Positions 60,592 to 64,000 of a DNA stretch of 64,000 nt are shown piece after piece. The translations under genes were made by a program, and so were the position numbers. Source of the DNA: Chloroflexota bacterium. Its GTDB lineage: Bacteria; Chloroflexota; Dehalococcoidia; UBA2979. Every line of letters begins with the position of its first letter. The first letter of the stretch is position 1. The stretch covers positions 70,142 through 134,141 of the forward strand of contig PBBA01000006.1 of NCBI GenBank assembly GCA_002716405.1, given 5' to 3'. The notes below the pieces were generated by a model that searched no databases, was not told the DNA's origin, and saw only the letters and a program-made list of their open reading frames with translations.

Positions 60592-61791
60592 ATGGATGAT
60601 TTAAAACGATTATCAAATGCATTTGATAATCAAACATTACTAAAGCCAGATTTTTCTAGACCAAATTTCATGAATTTAATAGATGCAATCTCCGTCGTTA
60701 CAGGTGCAAGCAACAAAAAACTACCAACTAATAGCATGAAAATTAGAATGGAAATTGGCGACCCACAACATTTGATATTTGTCCTTGCTGATGGTGTGGG
60801 GAATTCATCTTTAGAAAGTGCCCTTGATCCAAGCAATTGGTTACTTAAGTATCATGCGCAAACATTAGAAAGTATCTATCCTTCAACCACTAGTGTAGCG
60901 CTCACTTCATTAGCTACAGGGTTATGGCCTAGTGAACATTCGATCACTGGTTGGTGGAATTTTATACCAATTTTAAGAAATCCCATAACTATTCTTCCTT
61001 TTAGAACTTTCGATAACAAAAGATCATTGCAAAAAGATTTAAAATTTTCTGACGTAATCTCGCATGAAAGCCTTATGAGTAAAATGTCTCGTCAAACTTT
61101 TGTTATCCAACCTCGTTCAATACATAACTCAATGTATTCAAATTTCATCGGCAAGGGAGCTCATCATCAGCCTTATAATAATTTAAATGAAGCCATTGAA
61201 CTAATAATCGCTAACATATTAAATACGCACAGTAAAAGTTATACTTACTGGTACATCAGCGATGCTGATCACCAAGCTCATAAGACGGGTGCAACTAGCA
61301 TACAAACACAAATGACCATTCGTGACATTGATAACGCTATCACTGAATTAAGATCAAAATTGAATGCTGATACTACAAAAATTATTTTTTCATCAGATCA
61401 TGGCCATCGCAATGCAAAAACGAAATACACGATCAATAGAAAAGATTCCATAAATTGGTATCTATCCAGCCCACCTTCAGGAGATCTACGCATATCGTTC
61501 TACCATGTTCGTAAAGAATTTGAAGATGATTTTAAAAAAGAATTCATAGCACGTTTTGGAAAAGATTTTGTGCTAATTCCCTCTATTCAACTAAATAATT
61601 TAAGATTATTTGGTCCAGATAAATTGACAAAAGAAACTCTAAGCAGAGTGGGTACTTTTACAGCAATCTCTTTAGGAGAAGCTGTACTGAGATATATAGA
61701 CAGTGATACTAATGATTATTTCATGAAGCAAGAGTCACACCATTCGGGCTTGTCAGTCGATGAAATGACAATACCTTTGTCAATAGGATAG
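60592..61791 (+). CDS. Alkaline-phosphatase-superfamily protein (type I phosphodiesterase/nucleotide pyrophosphatase family)
   Basis: FVLADGVGNSSLE…YPSTTSVALTSLATGLWPSEHSITGW metal-ligand motifs. 399 aa. Confidence 0.6.
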   Translation: MDDLKRLSNAFDNQTLLKPDFSRPNFMNLIDAISVVTGASNKKLPTNSMKIRMEIGDPQHLIFVLADGVGNSSLESALDPSNWLLKYHAQTLESIYPSTTSVALTSLATGLWPSEHSITGWWNFIPILRNPITILPFRTFDNKRSLQKDLKFSDVISHESLMSKMSRQTFVIQPRSIHNSMYSNFIGKGAHHQPYNNLNEAIELIIANILNTHSKSYTYWYISDADHQAHKTGATSIQTQMTIRDIDNAITELRSKLNADTTKIIFSSDHGHRNAKTKYTINRKDSINWYLSSPPSGDLRISFYHVRKEFEDDFKKEFIARFGKDFVLIPSIQLNNLRLFGPDKLTKETLSRVGTFTAISLGEAVLRYIDSDTNDYFMKQESHHSGLSVDEMTIPLSIG

Positions 61792-61792
61792 A

Positions 61793-61834
61793 AAATATAT
61801 TTGGTTGGGCTAATTAGCCCAACCAAATATATTT
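61793..61834. terminator. 42-bp perfect palindrome between the convergent phosphodiesterase and glnII genes; a likely bidirectional intrinsic terminator
   Basis: AAATATATTTGGTTGGGCTAAT|TAGCCCAACCAAATATATTT, flanked by A-rich sequence on the left and T-rich sequence on the right. Confidence 0.65.
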
Positions 61835-61836
61835 GT

Positions 61837-62838
61837 TTATGCAGAACAAACAGTATTAGTGATCAAGCGAGTTACAACATAAGGATCCATATTCGATGCA
61901 GGACGTCGATCTTCAAGGTATCCTTTTTGATCAACTTCAACTTGCCAAGGAATACGTATAGAGGCACCTCGATCTGAGACACCATAGCTAAATTGGTCTA
62001 TACGTTGTGTTTCATGTAAACCAGTCAACCTTTTGTCGTTATCGGCACCATAGTTTGAAATATGTTCTTGAATATTTTTACCAAGTGCTTCACAAGCATC
62101 AATAATCGGTTGATAAGACTCGCGCATTGCCTTTGTGGAAAAATTTGTGTGACAGCCTGCCCCATTCCAATCTCCCTGGACCGGTTTAGGCTCTATTGAA
62201 ACCACAACTTCAAAATCTTCTGCCACGCGGTGTAATAACCAACGTGCCATCCACAAGTGATCTGCAACTTCTACTGGCCCTAACGGTCCAATTTGAAATT
62301 CCCATTGTCCAGGCATCACTTCAGCGTTCGTTCCAGCAATTTCTAACCCAGCTTCCATACATGCACTTGCATGGATTTCTGAAATTTCTCTTCCGAAAAT
62401 TAAATTTGCTCCGACACCACAGTAGTAAGGTCCCTGTGGTTCTGGGAATCCACCTTCAGGAAAACCTAGAGGTTGTCGAGAATCTGCTTCAAATAACGTA
62501 TATTCTTGTTCTATTCCATACCAAGATTCCTGATCGGCGTATTTATCAGCCACTTCTTTACATGCCGCTCTAGTATTGGTGGGGTGTGGAGTCATATCAG
62601 GTAATAAAACTTCACAAAGAACAAGTATATCGTCACCACCACGAATAGGATCAGGGCAACTAAAAACTGGTCTAAGTACACAATCTGAATTTGCTCCTGG
62701 AGCTTGATTAGTACTCGATCCATCAAAACCCCAGATCGGCAAATCAGTAGTTCCATCAGCAATTATCTTAGTTTTAGAACGTAACAACGGACTTGGTTCT
62801 GTACCATCTATCCAAATATATTCAGCCTTGTAGGACAT
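61837..62838 (-). CDS. glnII: Glutamine synthetase type II (GSII, eukaryote-like). The start is taken at MSYKAEYIWIDG; the ORF track extends to 62880.
   Basis: KAEYIWIDG N-terminal beta-grasp signature of GSII, ~335 aa, and catalytic-domain motifs. Confidence 0.75.
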   Translation of the reverse strand: MSYKAEYIWIDGTEPSPLLRSKTKIIADGTTDLPIWGFDGSSTNQAPGANSDCVLRPVFSCPDPIRGGDDILVLCEVLLPDMTPHPTNTRAACKEVADKYADQESWYGIEQEYTLFEADSRQPLGFPEGGFPEPQGPYYCGVGANLIFGREISEIHASACMEAGLEIAGTNAEVMPGQWEFQIGPLGPVEVADHLWMARWLLHRVAEDFEVVVSIEPKPVQGDWNGAGCHTNFSTKAMRESYQPIIDACEALGKNIQEHISNYGADNDKRLTGLHETQRIDQFSYGVSDRGASIRIPWQVEVDQKGYLEDRRPASNMDPYVVTRLITNTVCSA

Positions 62839-62974
62839 AAAGCACCTCTTTTCTACTTCTAATCCAGACAATATCAACAAACAGTTACATAATGATCTAG
62901 GATTGAAAGATAAGACTAGAAGGTTTCAAATGTGTTTCAATCTAAAAAAGTCTAAGAGAAATGTCAGATAAAAT

Positions 62975-63682
62975 ATGAATTTCCAAGTACCCAATTATAT
63001 TCTTTTTAGTTTAATAACTTTAGTTATTATTCTTCTGGCCAGCTTGGGTTTCTGGCAAATTGAACGGAATGAGTGGAAGCAAAATCTAATTGATAAAAAA
63101 AATGCCAATGTATACCTTGAACCTCTTAACATTTCAACGATTGACAGCATAGACACTAATTTATTGGACTATCGACAAATTAGTGTGGAAGGTGAATGGG
63201 ATTTTTCACATTCATTTTTTTTGGGCAATAAAGTCAGAAAAAACAATCTTGGTGAAGAAATTGTTGTCCCTTTTCTCTTGGCTGATAATAGTGGAGCGAT
63301 ACTCACTAATCGAGGATGGTATCCAGTTTCTGACAGAGAAAAAATCATCAAAAAATTACAGAAAAATCAATCAGCAACACTTGAAGGTTTGATTCGAGTT
63401 ACTGAATATACAGGCAAGAAAACTTCGAATGGAGTTTGGACTGCATTCGACCATAAATCTATGGGAAAAGAACTACCTTACGATATAAAAGAGTGGATAG
63501 TTGTTGAAGGAAAAGAAGAAACTACTAATAAAAACAACTCCTCATACCCTATTCAAGGGTGGATGGTCTACACAAGTACAACGCCACACATAGAATATGC
63601 ATTGACTTGGTTTGGCTTAGCCTTAGTTCTATTAATTGTCACAATTACAAGATTTATAAAAAAACAACGCCCTAGGAATTAG
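62975..63682 (+). CDS. SURF1-family protein (cytochrome oxidase biogenesis)
   Basis: 235 aa with N- and C-terminal TM helices and an LGFWQIERNEWKQNLI motif. Confidence 0.5.
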   Translation: MNFQVPNYILFSLITLVIILLASLGFWQIERNEWKQNLIDKKNANVYLEPLNISTIDSIDTNLLDYRQISVEGEWDFSHSFFLGNKVRKNNLGEEIVVPFLLADNSGAILTNRGWYPVSDREKIIKKLQKNQSATLEGLIRVTEYTGKKTSNGVWTAFDHKSMGKELPYDIKEWIVVEGKEETTNKNNSSYPIQGWMVYTSTTPHIEYALTWFGLALVLLIVTITRFIKKQRPRN

Positions 63683-64000
63683 ACACAGTATCAGCAATCT
63701 GATTAGCGTGTTCTTCACTATGTGAAGCTATTCTTTCCATATTATCTTTAATTGTTTTTAATGGTGAAGATTCTGGAACATCGACTGTTTTATGAAGATC
63801 TCTTTCTTCTACGTAACGAATCACTTTGTCACATGCTTCAACAGCTAAATTAAAGGCTTCTAGTGCATCTTGCGAATTAGCAAGTGATAATTCAACTTTT
63901 TCAGGCCCACTACCAGACATTGCATTAGCAATTCGAATAGCAAAACTACGCTCTGCATCAACTGTATGTTCAGCAATCTGTTTAGGAGACCATTCTTCAG
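63672..64000 (-). CDS. PhoU-like helical protein, C-terminal part. The frame stays open in frame upstream to the window end.
   Basis: Alpha-helical acidic repeats (…SQDALEAFNLAVEACDKVIRYVEERD…) weakly reminiscent of the PhoU family. Confidence 0.3.
   Translation of the reverse strand, partial: EEWSPKQIAEHTVDAERSFAIRIANAMSGSGPEKVELSLANSQDALEAFNLAVEACDKVIRYVEERDLHKTVDVPESSPLKTIKDNMERIASHSEEHANQIADTVSNS

Noticed and set aside
1-64000. CRISPR arrays, IS elements, toxin-antitoxin pairs or obvious defence-system genes
   Set aside because: No regularly spaced direct repeats, transposase or integrase-like ORFs, or recognisable defence domains were found. The window is almost fully occupied by housekeeping and metabolic genes.

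Overview
Low-GC (~37-40%) bacterial chromosomal segment, almost fully coding. Coordinates 1-24 kb are a conserved core block on the + strand: priA'/rplS/trmD on the - strand, then a complete division/cell-wall (dcw) cluster mraZ-rsmH-ftsL-like-ftsI-murF-mraY-murD-ftsW-murG-murC-ddl-ftsQ-ftsA-ftsZ, followed by nrdR, yggS, proC, yggT, recA, recX, rny and a tRNA-Asp(GUC). Coordinates 24-64 kb are a metabolic/accessory region: a VanY-like peptidase, a crotonase, several family-III CoA-transferases (one a tandem double-domain fusion), a PHP phosphoesterase, an F420/LLM oxidoreductase, glcDEF, HU, ctaG-sco1, gpmA, a stand-alone rpsN, an NMT1/THI5-type ABC transporter, an M20 peptidase, an FAH hydrolase, an MMPL transporter, rpoD, panE, yyaL, a type-II glutamine synthetase and SURF1. 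The most notable items are not visible in a plain ORF track. (1) A UGSC-family selenoprotein gene is split by an in-frame TGA (33187-33189) with a bSECIS-like hairpin 10 nt downstream. (2) A TPP (THI-box) riboswitch lies on the - strand upstream of the ABC transporter, which re-labels that transporter as a ThiXYZ-like HMP/thiamine-precursor importer. (3) A perfect Gram-positive/Chloroflexi-type LexA box (GAAC-N4-GTTC) sits in the recA promoter. (4) Three phased TGGGG repeats, the MraZ operator, lie upstream of mraZ. (5) rpsN appears to begin with a non-ATG start codon. (6) There are several unusually long perfect palindromes (two of 42 bp). Gene content and the LexA motif suggest a Chloroflexota-like (possibly marine SAR202-type) organism, but that is inference only. 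No CRISPR array, IS element or obvious defence island was found.
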